DNA from: Betaproteobacteria bacterium
Lineage (GTDB): Bacteria; Pseudomonadota; Gammaproteobacteria; Burkholderiales; SG8-41
Length of the DNA stretch: 64,000 nt
Assembly (NCBI GenBank): GCA_016868035.1
Contig: VGID01000001.1
Coordinates: 64,289-128,288 of the forward strand
Direction: 5' to 3'
Every line of letters starts with the position of its first letter. The stretch's first letter is position 1. This document shows, one piece after another, positions 18,086 to 26,586 of the stretch. Below the pieces are notes generated by a model. That model was not told the origin of the DNA. It did not search any database and saw only the letters and a program-made list of their open reading frames with translations. The position numbers and the translations under genes are program-made.

Positions 18086-19309
18086 TCAGTCCGGCGTACC
18101 GGTGCCCGCCGGCGCCGCCTTCTTGCCGAGCCGCCGCAGGACCTTCACGCGCTGCACGGTGTCGCCCGCGAGGTGCGTCCACACCATCGCGTCGCGCACG
18201 AGCTTGTCCACGCGCGCGTGCATGATGCCGCCCTCGGCGCCGTGGATCTCCATGTTCAGGCGCGTGACGCGCTGTATGACGTCAGTGGAATAGTTCATGA
18301 CCAGGCCGGCGTTCGCGGAGTGCTGCCCGCGATCGTGCAGCCACGCCACGCGCATGACGTAGGAGCGCAGCGCTTCCGTGAGCGCGTGCATCTCGTTCAC
18401 CTTGAGCTGGACCAGCTGGTGCTCCATCAGATACTTGCCCGCGCGCTTGTGCTCCCTCGCGTAGCCGAGCGCCATCTCGCACGCGTCATCGCACACGCCG
18501 AGCGCGTTGGCCGCGAGCTCCAGGTCCCCGAACAGGTCGCCGCCGGTGGTGTCGCCCCGGCCGGCCTTCACAGAGCCGGTGCCCACCTCGCCCACGACGT
18601 TCGCGTGCGGCACCCGCGCGTTCTCGAAGATGAGCTCGGCGTTCTGGTAGAAGCGCCAGCCGCGCTTGTTGAAGATCTTGCCGACGCGGAAGCCCGGCGT
18701 GGTTTTCGGCACCATGAACAGCGTGCCGCCGTGCTTGATGTTGACGTCCGGGTTGGTGCGCGCGTCCACGAAGAACAGCGAGCCCACGCTCCCGTTCGCG
18801 ATGAAGCACTTCTCGCCGTTCAGGATCCACTCGTCGCCCTCGCGCACCGCCCGCAGCCGGTAGCCCGCCTTCGGGTCGTCCTCCGGCGGCATGCGGTTGT
18901 CGGATCCGGCGTTGGGCTCGGTGATCCCGCGGCCCATCACGTAGCGGTGGTCCGCGAGAAAGGGCTTGAGGAAGCGCTCCTTCTGGTCCGGATTGCACGC
19001 GATCGCGATCAGGTGGCTCCACTTCCAGTTCTGGCTGAAGGCCTTGGAAATGGCGCTGTCCCCGCGGGCGAGCTCGGCCATCACCACGGCCTGCGTCACG
19101 AAATCGGCGCCGGGACCGCCCCACTCCTTGGGCACCGCGAGCGTGCGGAAGCCGAGCTTCGAGCCCTTCTCGATGATCCCCCAGTCCCACGGCTCGAAAC
19201 CGCCCTCGATCTGGTCGCGCTCCATCGAGATCGGGCGGATCTCGTCCTCCGCGAACTTGCGCGCCTCGTTCTGCCAGTGGCGCTGCTCTTCGTTCAGCGA
19301 AAAATCCAT
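18086..19309 (-). CDS. acyl-CoA dehydrogenase family protein
   Basis: ORF 18086..19321. ATG 19309 (MDFSLNEEQRHW...) preceded by GGGAG. ACAD N, middle and C-terminal layout, GITEPNAGSD motif. Confidence 0.9.
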   Translation of the reverse strand: MDFSLNEEQRHWQNEARKFAEDEIRPISMERDQIEGGFEPWDWGIIEKGSKLGFRTLAVPKEWGGPGADFVTQAVVMAELARGDSAISKAFSQNWKWSHLIAIACNPDQKERFLKPFLADHRYVMGRGITEPNAGSDNRMPPEDDPKAGYRLRAVREGDEWILNGEKCFIANGSVGSLFFVDARTNPDVNIKHGGTLFMVPKTTPGFRVGKIFNKRGWRFYQNAELIFENARVPHANVVGEVGTGSVKAGRGDTTGGDLFGDLELAANALGVCDDACEMALGYAREHKRAGKYLMEHQLVQLKVNEMHALTEALRSYVMRVAWLHDRGQHSANAGLVMNYSTDVIQRVTRLNMEIHGAEGGIMHARVDKLVRDAMVWTHLAGDTVQRVKVLRRLGKKAAPAGTGTPD

Positions 19310-19324
19310 TTTCACTCCCAAAAT

Positions 19325-19430
19325 GCGTGATGACTGACGAGTGACGGCTGACAGCTAAAGACCGGCGCCCTTGTCATCTGCGCCGGGTTCATCGGTGTTC
19401 CTCACTCATCAGTCGTCAGTCGTCACCGCC
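19325..19430. repeat. palindromic heptamer array, GACTGAC / CAGTCGT type
   Basis: GCGTGAT GACTGAC GAGTGAC GGCTGAC AGC ... CTCACTCA TCAGTCG TCAGTCG TCACCGC. Spacer between the two ACAD genes. Confidence 0.82.
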
Positions 19431-19431
19431 A

Positions 19432-20664
19432 CTACGCGGCGAGCGGGCGCTGGTAGCCGGCGATCGCTTCCGCAATCCCAAGCTTGGTCGCGTCGTCGGC
19501 GTCCTCGGCGTGCAGGAACACCATCGCATCGTGCACGTATTTCTGCAGCGGCATGTCGCGCATGACGCCCATGGCGCCGAAGCACTCGGCCGCAAGCAGG
19601 GCAACCTGGTTGACCGCCTCCGCGGTATAGACGCGCGCCATCGTGTGCAGCGGCAGTGCGGCTTCCTCGCCGCCGGCCGCCGCCTCGGGATGATCCAGCG
19701 CCCACGCTGCCTTCCAGATCATGTTGCGCGCGAGTTCCAGCCGGATCGCGCAGTCGGCGAGCTTGAGCCCGATCGAATGGTGCTCGATGATGCTGTGGCC
19801 GCCTTGCCGGCGCAGCTTCGAATACTCCACCGCAGCCTGGTAAGCCGCACTTCCCACGCCGAGGTTGATCGCCGCCGTGAGTGGCACGCTGCGCACTGCG
19901 TCGGCTCCGCCCGCAAGCGCGCTTTGGCCTTCCCTTCCGAGCAGGTGGTCCTCCGGCACACGGCAGTCCTTGAACACCACCGCGGCGCCGGACCCGTGGT
20001 GCCAGCGGATCGCTTCGCCAACGGCTTTCGACGGCTCCCGGACCGAGAGACCCGCCGCATCGCGCGGCACGAGCAGCGTGCTCACGCCGCCAGCACCGGC
20101 CTTCTTCGGATCCGTCCTCACCTGGACCACGTAGAGCTTCGCGAGCGGCGCGTTCGCGACGAAGCTGACGGCACCGTTGATCACCCAATGGCCGCCCTGC
20201 CTGACCGCGGCCGGTTCGGCCGCGCTGTCGGGACGGTGATAGCGCCATCCGATCCCGGCGCCGGGCTCGCGCCCCGCAAAGGCAAGGTGGCAGTCCTCGT
20301 CTTCGAGGAATTTCGGAAGCCAGCGCGCGCGCTGCGCGTCCGTCATCAACCGGTCGAAGAGAACGTGGGCGAGCACCGCCGTGTGCCCCAGGACCGCCGC
20401 AATGTCCACGTCGCCCGCCGCCAGCTCTTCCATCACGATGCACGAGGTGAGGCAGTCGGCGCCTGCGCCGCCCGCTTCCTCCGAGAGCGCCAGCGTACGC
20501 AATCCCATCCGCGATGCCTTGTCCAGCAGGTCCGCGAGCAGCGGTTTCTCGAACGGCTCCAGACGGCCCGGGTGCCGCGCCGCGGGCTTCACCTCGCTCT
20601 CGACAAAATCCCGCACCGTTTCACGGAACTCGAGTTGCTCAGGGGTCAGCGTGAGGTCGTACAT
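19432..20664 (-). CDS. acyl-CoA dehydrogenase family protein
   Basis: ORF track, 410 aa. MYDLTLTPEQLEFRETVRDF..., ACAD architecture. Confidence 0.88.
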   Translation of the reverse strand: MYDLTLTPEQLEFRETVRDFVESEVKPAARHPGRLEPFEKPLLADLLDKASRMGLRTLALSEEAGGAGADCLTSCIVMEELAAGDVDIAAVLGHTAVLAHVLFDRLMTDAQRARWLPKFLEDEDCHLAFAGREPGAGIGWRYHRPDSAAEPAAVRQGGHWVINGAVSFVANAPLAKLYVVQVRTDPKKAGAGGVSTLLVPRDAAGLSVREPSKAVGEAIRWHHGSGAAVVFKDCRVPEDHLLGREGQSALAGGADAVRSVPLTAAINLGVGSAAYQAAVEYSKLRRQGGHSIIEHHSIGLKLADCAIRLELARNMIWKAAWALDHPEAAAGGEEAALPLHTMARVYTAEAVNQVALLAAECFGAMGVMRDMPLQKYVHDAMVFLHAEDADDATKLGIAEAIAGYQRPLAA

Positions 20665-20673
20665 GTCAGCGTC

Positions 20674-20705
20674 CCGGGGTCAAGGTTCAAAGTTCAAGGT
20701 CAGCG
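20674..20705. repeat. heptamer run, GGTTCAA type
   Basis: GGGGTCA AGGTTCA AAGTTCA AGGTCAG, 10 nt upstream of the ACAD ATG (20664). Confidence 0.8.
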
Positions 20706-20783
20706 AGCCGGCATCTTACCAGCCGCGGACGCGGGAAAGGACTCGGTGTCAGCATGTGGAACGCCGGGCAGGCGCCGAGGCGC

Positions 20784-20889
20784 CGTTCCGGGTTCCGGGT
20801 TCAACGTTCAGGGTTCAACGTTCGGAATACAGGGCTCTGGCGCCTCTCACCTCTCACCTCTCGCCTCTCTTCTCTCGTCGCTCGTCAGG
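20784..20889. repeat. 15-unit heptamer tract (GGTTCCG/GGTTCAA changing to CTCTCAC/CTCGTCG) ending on a stop codon
   Basis: CGTTCCG GGTTCCG GGTTCAA CGTTCAG GGTTCAA CGTTCGG ... GCGCCTC TCACCTC TCACCTC TCGCCTC TCTTCTC TCGTCGC TCGTCAG. TCA 20885-20887 is the Ldh2 stop. Confidence 0.85.
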
Positions 20890-21892
20890 CTTTGGCGCGC
20901 GCGAGCGCCTTGAGCTCCTTGTAGATCCCGTCGGAGAGCTCGACACCGTCCGCGCGCGCCTGCGCGGTGGCGAGCTGGCGGCGTGCTCCGGGCAACCGCA
21001 CTCCGTCGTCCGCGAGCATTCGGGTGATGAATTCCTCGAGGCGCGCGTAATAAGACTCTGCCCCGGCCAGGGCCTCCGGATCGATCGCGACGATCGCGTG
21101 GCCGATGCGCGGCTTGCCGCCCGGCTCGAAGTACGAATCGTTCTCGTAGGCGAACGCCGCACCGGTGAGAGCGACGCACAAGAGCTCGACGATCAGCGCG
21201 AGCATCGTGCCCTTCATCCCGCCGACCGCCGTGAGGCTCCCCGTGAGCGCCGCCTGCGCATCCGTGGTGGAATTGCCGTCCTTGTCGAGCGCCCAGCCCT
21301 CGGGGATCGGCTTTCCTTCCTTGGCGTAGAGCATGATCTTGCCGCGCACGACCTCGGTGAGGGAGAGGTCCACCACGACGGGAGCTGCGCCGCGCCGCGG
21401 AAAGATCGCTGCGACCGGGTTGGTTCCGTAGAGCGGCTTCCTGCCGCCCCACGCATTGATCGCCGCGGGCGAGTTCGTGAATGCGAGCCCGGCGAGTCCC
21501 GCCTCCGCGACCGGCGCAAGATGGTAGGCCGCGGCGCCGAAGTGATGGCTGTTCACCACCCCGACGAATGCGACGCCGTAGCGCTTCGCGCGCTTCACCG
21601 CCTCCTTTGCGGCGAGCGCCGCAGCGGGAATCGCGAGCCCGCCGCCGGCATCGATTAGGCAGGTTCCACCCTTTTTCTTTACTACCTTAGGCCGCGCCGA
21701 GCCATCGGCGCGGCCTTCGCGCAGGTGCTGCGCGTAGAGCGCGACGCGCGAGAGCCCGTGTCCGCCGAGCCCTTCCGTCTCCGCTGCGACGAGCGCCTGC
21801 GCGGTCGCGCGCGCGGCGGCGCTCGAGGCGCCGGCCCGCGTCAGCGCCCGCGCCGCGAGCCGCGTTGCATCGTCAATGGACAGTTTGGGCAC
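20885..21892 (-). CDS. Ldh2-family (malate/L-sulfolactate ComC-type) NAD(P)H-dependent dehydrogenase
   Basis: ORF 20885..22045. The upstream Bug gene ends at 21927, so the GTG at 21892 (VPKLSIDDATRLAARAL...) is proposed. GLGGHGLSRV and HHFGAAAYH motifs of Ldh_2. The start is uncertain. Confidence 0.82.
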   Translation of the reverse strand: MPKLSIDDATRLAARALTRAGASSAAARATAQALVAAETEGLGGHGLSRVALYAQHLREGRADGSARPKVVKKKGGTCLIDAGGGLAIPAAALAAKEAVKRAKRYGVAFVGVVNSHHFGAAAYHLAPVAEAGLAGLAFTNSPAAINAWGGRKPLYGTNPVAAIFPRRGAAPVVVDLSLTEVVRGKIMLYAKEGKPIPEGWALDKDGNSTTDAQAALTGSLTAVGGMKGTMLALIVELLCVALTGAAFAYENDSYFEPGGKPRIGHAIVAIDPEALAGAESYYARLEEFITRMLADDGVRLPGARRQLATAQARADGVELSDGIYKELKALARAKA

Positions 21893-21926
21893 GGCGCCAG
21901 AACCGGAAAAACCCTGATCTGCGGTT

Positions 21927-22895
21927 TCAATCGAGCCGGGTGCCGGAGCGCTTCGCGACGTCCGCCCACTTCTCGGCTTCCGCGCGGAAGTACGCGCCGA
22001 ACTCGGCGGGCGAGTTGCCCACGGCGACCGCTCCTTCCGCATCAAAGCGCTGCCTGAGCTCCGGCGAGGTCACGGCCTTCGCCATCTCGGCGTGGAGCAA
22101 ATCGAGGATCGCCTGCGGCGTGCGCGCCGGCGCGAACAGCCCGTTCCATTGCACCGCCTCGTGACCCTGGATACCGGCCTCCGTCATGGTCGGCGTATCC
22201 GGAATGACCGCCGAGCGCGTCGGCGAAGCGACGCCCAGCCCGCGCAGCTTCCCGGCCTTGACCTGGGGCCCCGCCACCGGCACTACGATGAAGGCAGCCG
22301 GCGCTTCCCCCGCCAGCACGGCGACCAGCACCGGGGCGGCCCCCTTGTACGGCAGGTGTCCGACCTTGATGCCGGTCCGCAGCCGCAGCAGCTCCATCGC
22401 CAGGTGCGACATGGTCCCGGCGCCCGCCGATGCGTAGTCGAGCTCGCCTGGTCTTGCTTTCGCCAGGGCGACGAGCTCGCGCACGTTGCGCACCGGCAGC
22501 GACGGATGCGCCACCAGAACGAAGGGGTAGGACGAGGCCATCGAGATCGGCACCAGGTCCTTGACCGGGTCGTAGTTGAGTTTGCTGAATACCGCCGGGC
22601 TGATCGAGAGCGACGAGTTCCCGAAGAGGAGTGTGTATCCGTCGGGTGCCGCCTTCGCCGCGATTTCCGCCGCGATGTTGGCGCTCGCGCCGGGACGGTT
22701 TTCCACCACCACCGGCTGCCCGAGCGCGGCGGTGAGCTTCTGGGCAACGAGCCGCGCGATGAGATCGGTGCCCCCTCCCGGCGGGAAGCCCACGAGCAAC
22801 CGCACGGATTTCACGGGATATTTCTGCGCCCACACCGCGCCCGGTAGCGCCGCCCCTATTGCGATCAACGCTACCGACAAGATCAGACGCTTCAT
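21927..22895 (-). CDS. Bug/TTT-family periplasmic substrate-binding protein
   Basis: ORF 21927..22940. ATG 22895 (MKRLILSVALIAIGAALPGAVWA). YPVKSVRLLVGFPPGGGTD. Confidence 0.9.
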   Translation of the reverse strand: MKRLILSVALIAIGAALPGAVWAQKYPVKSVRLLVGFPPGGGTDLIARLVAQKLTAALGQPVVVENRPGASANIAAEIAAKAAPDGYTLLFGNSSLSISPAVFSKLNYDPVKDLVPISMASSYPFVLVAHPSLPVRNVRELVALAKARPGELDYASAGAGTMSHLAMELLRLRTGIKVGHLPYKGAAPVLVAVLAGEAPAAFIVVPVAGPQVKAGKLRGLGVASPTRSAVIPDTPTMTEAGIQGHEAVQWNGLFAPARTPQAILDLLHAEMAKAVTSPELRQRFDAEGAVAVGNSPAEFGAYFRAEAEKWADVAKRSGTRLD

Positions 22896-22910
22896 GGTCA
22901 TCCCCCTTTT

Positions 22911-23022
22911 GTGGTTCCGGGTTCCGGGTTCAGTGTTCAAGGCTCAGGGTTCAACGTTCAACGTTCGAGCATCGGGTATCAATCATCAAACTTTGAACTC
23001 GGAACTTTGAACCTCGAACCGG
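22911..23022. repeat. palindromic heptamer array, GGTTCCG/GGTTCAA type
   Basis: TGGTTCC GGGTTCC GGGTTCA GTGTTCA AGGCTCA GGGTTCA ACGTTCA ACGTTCG, loop, then AACTTTG AACTCGG AACTTTG AACCTCG AACCGG. Confidence 0.9.
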
Positions 23023-23061
23023 TCTGCCGTCACCGCGTCAATGCGCGGCGGCACGCGCCCA

Positions 23062-24807
23062 TCAGCAGGAAATGTCGGCATACACTGCGCCCGCCGTTTC
23101 CCCGAGCAGGCTCTCGCCCGGCCTCACCCGTGTGAACTCCACGGGACGCGTCGTGATGCCGAAACGCCCGTCGTGTAAGGTGACGCACGTGTAGCGCGAG
23201 TTGGCAAGGTCGCGCACTTCCGGGAAGTCGGCGCGATAGTGCGCGCCGCGCGAATCCTCGCGCGCCATCGCGGCGAAACGGATCGATTTCGAAACCAGGA
23301 CCAGATTCTTGAGGTTCAGCCAGTCGTGCCAGGTCAGGTTGAACGCGAGGTTGCCCGCGTGAACGCCCGCCGCGTCGAGCCTCGCGTCGAGCTCGTCGAG
23401 CGCGCTTTCCGCGCGCTTCAAGCTCGCCGCGTCGCGCAGGATGCCCGCGTCCTCCCACATGACCTCGTAAAGGCGCTCGCGGATCGCGTTCAGATCGGCC
23501 GCCGGCCGTCCGAGCGGCGCGCGGCAGGTGGCGACCGCCGCCGCGAGCGCGGATTCGTCGGGCTCGTGCAGGACCCCGTTCCGGCCGACCCACGGCGCCA
23601 TCGCGTCACCTGCGATGCCGCCGAAAACAGTGGAGTTGGCGACGCCATTGCCGCCGAGGCGGTTCGCCCCGTGCACGCCTCCCGAGTCCTCGCCGGCGAC
23701 GAAGAACCCCGGCAGCTCGGTCGAGCAGTCGGCCCGGAACACCACCCCGCCCATCATGTAATGCGCGGTTGGCACGACGTCCACCAGTCCGGACACGAGA
23801 TCGAAGCCGCAGTCGGCGCAGCGCTCGACCATGCCCTTGAACTGCTTGCGCACCATCGCGGGATCGAGGTGGCGCATCGTGATGTAGAGCCCGCCGCGCG
23901 GACCGACCTTGCCCCGACGCATCTGGTCGAACATCGCCCGGCTCACGATGTCGCGCGTCGCGCGCTCACCGCGCGGGTCGTACTCGCGCATGAAGCGCTC
24001 GCTCGCGCCGTTGAGCAGGTGCCCGCCCGCGCCGCGCAGCCCCTCCTCGATGATGGTGCCGGTGATGCGCGTGTCCGGCCCGGCGATGAGGCCGGTCGGG
24101 TGGAACTGCACCATCTCCATGTCGCGCAGCGTCAAACCCGCCCGCAGCGCCATTGCCATGCCGTCGCAGCTCTTGTCCCCGGAGGGCGTGTGGTACTTGT
24201 ACATCGTCGGGCCGCCGCCGGTCGCGAGCAGCACCGCCTTTGCCTGCACGAACGCGAATTCCCCGGTGCGCATGTCGATCATCAGCACGCCGGCGAGCGC
24301 GTCGCCCGCCTTGTTCTTCACCAGCTCGACCGCGCGATGCTCCTCGAGCCGACGGATGCCGCGCGCCCACACCTGCTCGGCGAGGCGGTTGACGATCTCG
24401 ATGCCCGTGAGATCGCCCTTGTGCACGGTGCGGTCAAATGTCTGCCCCGCGAACGCCTTCTGGTGGATGGTGCCGTCGGGATTGCGGTCGAAGAAGCAGC
24501 CGAGCTCGTTCTCGAGCTCGCGGATGCGCTCGACCGCGACCGAGACCAGCGTCCACGCGAGCTCCTGGTCCGGCAGCCAGCTGCCGCCCTCGATGGTGTC
24601 CATGAAGTGGCGCTCGACGGAGTCGCCCTGCGCGAGCGCGACGTTGTAGCCGCCCTGAACCATGCGCGTGCAGCCGCACTTGCCGAGCAGCCCTTTGACC
24701 GCCACGGTGATCGACAGGCGCGGGTCGGCCTGCTGCGCGTGCAGCGCGGCGAACAGCCCGGCGCCGCCCGAGCCGAGGATCAGGATGTCGGTCTTGATTC
24801 GTCTCAT
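23062..24807 (-). CDS. FAD-dependent Sdh/Frd-type flavoprotein subunit homologue (no covalent-FAD histidine)
   Basis: ORF track, 581 aa. Dinucleotide fold DILILGSGGAGL, FHPTG, AHYMMGG, GANRLGGN. The SdhA/FrdA S-H-T-x-x-A-x-GG site reads GCTRMVQGG here. Confidence 0.87.
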   Translation of the reverse strand: MRRIKTDILILGSGGAGLFAALHAQQADPRLSITVAVKGLLGKCGCTRMVQGGYNVALAQGDSVERHFMDTIEGGSWLPDQELAWTLVSVAVERIRELENELGCFFDRNPDGTIHQKAFAGQTFDRTVHKGDLTGIEIVNRLAEQVWARGIRRLEEHRAVELVKNKAGDALAGVLMIDMRTGEFAFVQAKAVLLATGGGPTMYKYHTPSGDKSCDGMAMALRAGLTLRDMEMVQFHPTGLIAGPDTRITGTIIEEGLRGAGGHLLNGASERFMREYDPRGERATRDIVSRAMFDQMRRGKVGPRGGLYITMRHLDPAMVRKQFKGMVERCADCGFDLVSGLVDVVPTAHYMMGGVVFRADCSTELPGFFVAGEDSGGVHGANRLGGNGVANSTVFGGIAGDAMAPWVGRNGVLHEPDESALAAAVATCRAPLGRPAADLNAIRERLYEVMWEDAGILRDAASLKRAESALDELDARLDAAGVHAGNLAFNLTWHDWLNLKNLVLVSKSIRFAAMAREDSRGAHYRADFPEVRDLANSRYTCVTLHDGRFGITTRPVEFTRVRPGESLLGETAGAVYADISC

Positions 24808-24810
24808 TGG

Positions 24811-24900
24811 AAACCGCCGATGAACGCCGATGAACGCAGATGAGGCCCTACGGAGCCCGGCAGCGGAGGTATCGGCGTTTATCTGCGTTTATCTGCGGTT
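24811..24900. repeat. short decamer-arm hairpin element (related to the core of the 160-bp element)
   Basis: AAACCGCCGATGAACGCCGATGAACGCAGATGAG ... ATCGGCGTTTATCTGCGTTTATCTGCGGTT. It shares the GAAACCGCCGATGAACGC and ATCGGCGTTTATCTG-GGTT ends with 57491-57592. It fills the whole spacer between the hydro-lyase beta stop and the flavoprotein ATG. Confidence 0.8.
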
Positions 24901-24904
24901 GTGT

Positions 24905-25519
24905 TCAGCTGTTCTTGACGCCGAGGGAGGCGAGCGCGGCGGCGCGCTTCTCGCGCGCGGCCTTGTTGACCTGCGTGTAGATGCTGCCGCCGCGGCTGTC
25001 CATGGACACGAGCAGCGGGCCGAAGCCCTTCACGCGGAACTTCCACAGCGACTCGGGGTTGAGGTCGTCGAGATCCACGTCCTCGATTGCCTCGACCCAG
25101 GTGGTCTCGAGCGCCGCCGCGCCCCCGACGATCGCGAGGTAGGCGCCGCCCAAGTCCTTGAACGCGGAGAGCGAGCCCTCGGCGAGGCCGCCCTTGCCAA
25201 TGATGACGCGCACGCCGTACTGCTCCATGAGCGGGCGCGAAAAGCGCTCCATGCGCGCGCTGGTCGTGGTCCCGATACACAGCGGCGCATAGCCCGTCGG
25301 GTGCGCCTTGGACTTCTCGACCTTCCTGACGTTGGGAGCGGTGTGGATCACGGCGTGCCCGCTCATGTCGAAGCGCGTCTTGCGGCCGCGGTCGAACATG
25401 TGGATGTGGGTTCCGTCGCGGATGCCGTAGAGCGTGCCGTTCAGCGTGACGGTGTCGCCGATGCGCCATTCGCGCACCTGCTCCGCGGTGACCGGCATGT
25501 TGATGTCGTGATGCGCCAT
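24905..25519 (-). CDS. Fe-S hydro-lyase beta subunit (class I fumarate/tartrate dehydratase C-terminal type)
   Basis: ORF track, 204 aa. LRIGDTVTLNGTLYGIRD and VIIGKGG motifs. No SD before ATG 25519. Confidence 0.86.
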   Translation of the reverse strand: MAHHDINMPVTAEQVREWRIGDTVTLNGTLYGIRDGTHIHMFDRGRKTRFDMSGHAVIHTAPNVRKVEKSKAHPTGYAPLCIGTTTSARMERFSRPLMEQYGVRVIIGKGGLAEGSLSAFKDLGGAYLAIVGGAAALETTWVEAIEDVDLDDLNPESLWKFRVKGFGPLLVSMDSRGGSIYTQVNKAAREKRAAALASLGVKNS

Positions 25520-25567
25520 TCAGAATCCGTGAATGGTGAATGGTGAAACGTGAATCGAGAAAAACAT
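25520..25567 (-). CDS. candidate 15-codon coupling mini-ORF (MFFSIHVSPFTIHGF) inside the inverted heptamer array
   Basis: Strong SD AGGGAGGAG (25580-25572), ATG 25567-25565, and a TGA stop (25522-25520) that directly abuts the beta-subunit ATG (25519-25517). Hand translated. Confidence 0.3.
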   Translation of the reverse strand: MFFSIHVSPFTIHGF

Positions 25568-25616
25568 CGTGCTCCTCCCTTACGATTTGCGATTCACGAT
25601 TTACGATTAACGCTTT
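25520..25616. repeat. inverted heptamer arrays (GTGAATN / ACGATTT) filling the alpha-beta intercistronic spacer
   Basis: TCAGAAT CCGTGAA TGGTGAA TGGTGAA ACGTGAA TCGAGAA ... CTTACGA TTTGCGA TTCACGA TTTACGA TTAACGC. Confidence 0.85.
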
Positions 25617-26492
25617 TCAGAAGCCGTAGGTCACGCCCTTGGGCGTGAACGTCGCCGATGCCCGGCGCGCGGCGTGGCACTGCATGTTCACCGCCACCGG
25701 GTTCATGGTGATGTGTGTCGCGGCGAGCTCCACGTGCACCGCGAACGCGGTGGAGTCCCCGCCCAGGCCCTGCGGCCCGACGCCGAGATCGTTCACCGCG
25801 CGCGTGAGCTCTTGTTCGAGCTTCGCGCCCTCGGAATCCGCGCAGCGCGTGCCGAGCGCGCGCGTCGCCGCAACCTTCGAGAGGTACATGCACAGGTCCG
25901 CGCTGCCGCCCACGCCCACGCCCACGATGGTCGGCGGACAGGTTTTGCCTCCGGCGTCGAGCACGCAATCGATCACGAACGCCTTGATCGCGTCCACCCC
26001 CTCGGCGGGAATCGCCATCCGCAGCCAGGAATTGTTCTCCGAGCCGCTGCCCTTCGGGATCATCTGTATGGTCAGCTCCTCCGGCTGGTCGGAAAAGCCG
26101 ACGTGTATCGCCGGAATCCGGATGCCGCAGGAAGTGTGGTCGTTCACGCGCGTGATCGGATGCACCACTGAGGAACGCAGCGGATGCTCGTTGGTGGCCC
26201 GCGCGCACCCGCGGGTGATCGCCGCCTCGAGGTCGCAGCCGTCCACCTCGACCTTGCGCCCGATCGTCACGTTGTAGATCGGCACCCCGGTGTCCTGGCA
26301 CGTGAGGTTGTCGGTTTCCTCCGCCACCGAGATGTTCCTGATCATGGTGCCGAGGACCTTCTTCGCGAGCGGGTTGCTCTCCGCGGCGTCGAGCCGGGCG
26401 AAGCCCTGCTTCACGTCGGGCGGCAGGATCTTGAGGGCGCGGATGTAGAGCTCTTTCGCCGCGTCCTCGACCTTCTTCAGATCAACTTTCAT
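25617..26492 (-). CDS. Fe-S hydro-lyase alpha subunit (class I fumarate/tartrate dehydratase N-terminal type)
   Basis: ORF 25617..26534. Start at MKVDLKKVEDAAKELY (26492). NLTCQDTGVPIY Cys-ligand motif. Confidence 0.86.
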   Translation of the reverse strand: MKVDLKKVEDAAKELYIRALKILPPDVKQGFARLDAAESNPLAKKVLGTMIRNISVAEETDNLTCQDTGVPIYNVTIGRKVEVDGCDLEAAITRGCARATNEHPLRSSVVHPITRVNDHTSCGIRIPAIHVGFSDQPEELTIQMIPKGSGSENNSWLRMAIPAEGVDAIKAFVIDCVLDAGGKTCPPTIVGVGVGGSADLCMYLSKVAATRALGTRCADSEGAKLEQELTRAVNDLGVGPQGLGGDSTAFAVHVELAATHITMNPVAVNMQCHAARRASATFTPKGVTYGF

Positions 26493-26530
26493 GTCTAACC
26501 CGCACCGGTGGCCGCGCCAGGCGGCTTGAC

Positions 26531-26586
26531 CCACTCAATCCTCAGTCCTCAGTCCTCAATCCTCGATGCTCAGCCCTGCCGTCAAT
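26531..26586. repeat. heptamer run, TCCTCAG type, overlapping a stop codon
   Basis: CCACTCA ATCCTCA GTCCTCA GTCCTCA ATCCTCG ATGCTCA GCCCTGC CGTCAAT. TCA 26582-26584 is the Bug gene stop. Confidence 0.85.

Noticed and set aside
24830-25546. 238-aa plus ORF starting in the decamer element (MNADEALRSPAAEVSAFICVYLRL...) and other ORFs that translate repeats (e.g. ...GSRFKVQGSRFNFQG..., ...PPMNADERR...)
   Set aside because: The N-termini are translations of repeat DNA and the remainder is antisense to real genes. Recurrent peptide strings simply reflect the recurrent nucleotide repeats.
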